Positions 62,990-64,000 of a DNA stretch of 64,000 nucleotides are shown here, piece after piece. The translations under genes were made by a program, and so were the position numbers. The notes beneath the pieces were generated by a model. The model did not search any database, had not been told where the DNA came from, and worked only from the letters and a program-made list of their open reading frames with translations. This DNA comes from a virus. Numbering within the stretch: position 1 is the first letter of the stretch; each line of letters opens with the position of its first letter. The DNA is taken from the IMG/VR virus record IMGVR_UViG_3300025834_000173, one strand, 5' to 3'.

Positions 62990-63018
62990 ATTATACACTA
63001 TCTAATAGGTTTTGTCAA
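62990..63018 (-). promoter_or_regulatory. Consensus sigma-A promoter
   Basis: TTGACA-17 bp-TATAAT with an AT-rich upstream tract. Confidence 0.88.
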
Positions 63019-63612
63019 TAGCCTTTTTAAATTTTTTATAGATTTTTTTATTAAATCTATGTAACAATTTCTCATCAACTATTTTTTTTTAAATCTCTAC
63101 TCGCATTAAAGACCCAAAACTTCTTAAATCAATATACCTATAATAATACTTAAATAAATTTTATATAGCAATTTCTACATAATCAATGTAAAAATTAATC
63201 TAACAACTTATAAATTTAGGTTCAAGTTTGTGGTGCAAATTTTACCTTTTTTCCAAAAATTTTAAAGAAATTTTTCAATTAATTTCGCCTAAAAATTATA
63301 CTCAATAATTCATTTAAAATTTCAAAATCAAACTAAACACTATTAAAAATTGGTACAAGTTTTAGGTTTAATTTCAATCCTTTGATAAAAATATTTTTGT
63401 ATCGGTTATAGACTGACTCTATAATTTTTATAAAATCCAAAATTCATTGTTAAATTTTGTAAACCTTTGTTACTACGCTCTTATTTTAGACACATCTTTT
63501 TAAATCACTCAAAAAACCCATCAAAATTAGATATTTCAAAATTTATCTATTATTTTTTAACTCTAATCTTCTAATTTTCAATATTTTTCTTACGATTTAT
63601 ACTCAAATCATC

Positions 63613-63675
63613 CAATGTTTAAATCTCTATGCTTACTAGTATACTCAAATTTTCAAAGTTTAACATCTGTTTAAT
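63613..63675 (-). promoter_or_regulatory. Conserved upstream element, copy D (more diverged)
   Basis: TTACTAGTATA followed, in the same register as copies A-C, by AGTTTAA and GTTTAA. Confidence 0.5.
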
Positions 63676-63792
63676 AACTTTCAATTCGTAAATCTTATGC
63701 ACTTATTGTAGACTGTTTTTAATTAGTTATTCATACTTTTTAAACTTTTTTCATTTATTTTTAACTAACTCTTTAACTCTTATCTACATTTT

Positions 63793-63933
63793 TATTATAG
63801 ACTGTTTTAAAGTTATTATACATTAATTGGAAAAATATTTTTAATTTCTTTTTAACTTCTATATTCTTTTTCCCAACTAATCCTTACAAACATATTATAG
63901 ACTGTTTTAAAGTTATTATACATTAATTGGAAA
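63793..63933. repeat. 41-bp exact direct repeat, two copies at a 100-bp period (partial copies at ~63704 and ~63406)
   Basis: TATTATAGACTGTTTTAAAGTTATTATACATTAATTGGAAA at 63793-63833 and 63893-63933. Confidence 0.92.
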
Positions 63934-63943
63934 CTTTTTTCAA
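63915..63943 (-). promoter_or_regulatory. Sigma-A-like promoter overlapping the repeat
   Basis: TTGAAA-17 bp-TATAAT on the minus strand. Confidence 0.55.
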
Positions 63944-64000
63944 GTTATTTTTTAAATTATACTATGAATTACACCTTGCTCTATTAAATGTTTTGTTATT

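Noticed and set aside
63793-63933. CRISPR array interpretation of the 41-bp repeat
   Set aside because: Only two full copies, a 59-bp spacer that is too long, no palindromic repeat structure and no cas genes in view.

Overview
A very AT-rich, gene-dense window in which essentially every credible gene lies on the minus strand. It is best explained as part of a large conjugative plasmid or megaplasmid-like replicon of a low-GC Firmicute (Clostridia-like): there is no outer-membrane secretin, and the promoters are sigma-A type. Reading in transcription order (right to left) the window contains: (i) a ~1.07 kb non-coding zone with a 41-bp direct repeat and promoters; (ii) an accessory/replication block (tandem-OB SSB-like, dnaX, HU-like, HNH/ParB-like, PHP hydrolase, thyX, small orphans, one pseudogene); (iii) a Gram-positive type IV secretion/conjugation block (lytic transglycosylase, large VirB6-like membrane protein, VirB4-like ATPase, M23 peptidase, two paralogous FtsK/TcpA-like ATPases, a ParA/MinD-like protein); (iv) a replisome/recombination block (SNF2-like helicase, DnaC-like loader, DnaB-like helicase, stand-alone primase zinc finger, RuvC-like nuclease, ParB-HNH fusion, ligA); (v) a type IV pilus cluster (pilT, pilB, pilM/N/O/C-like, two tandem major pilins, four minor pilins; no prepilin peptidase seen); and (vi) an unusual YcaO - SecA-like - three radical SAM operon that runs off the left edge. 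The most notable unexplained signals are the YcaO/SecA/rSAM operon, a strand-polarised hexamer CGTAAA (~68 copies by eye versus ~4 of its reverse complement), a ~63-bp upstream element found four times, and a 107-bp perfect-identity tract between otherwise synonymously diverged tandem pilin genes. All family assignments come from visible motifs, not database searches; counts are manual.
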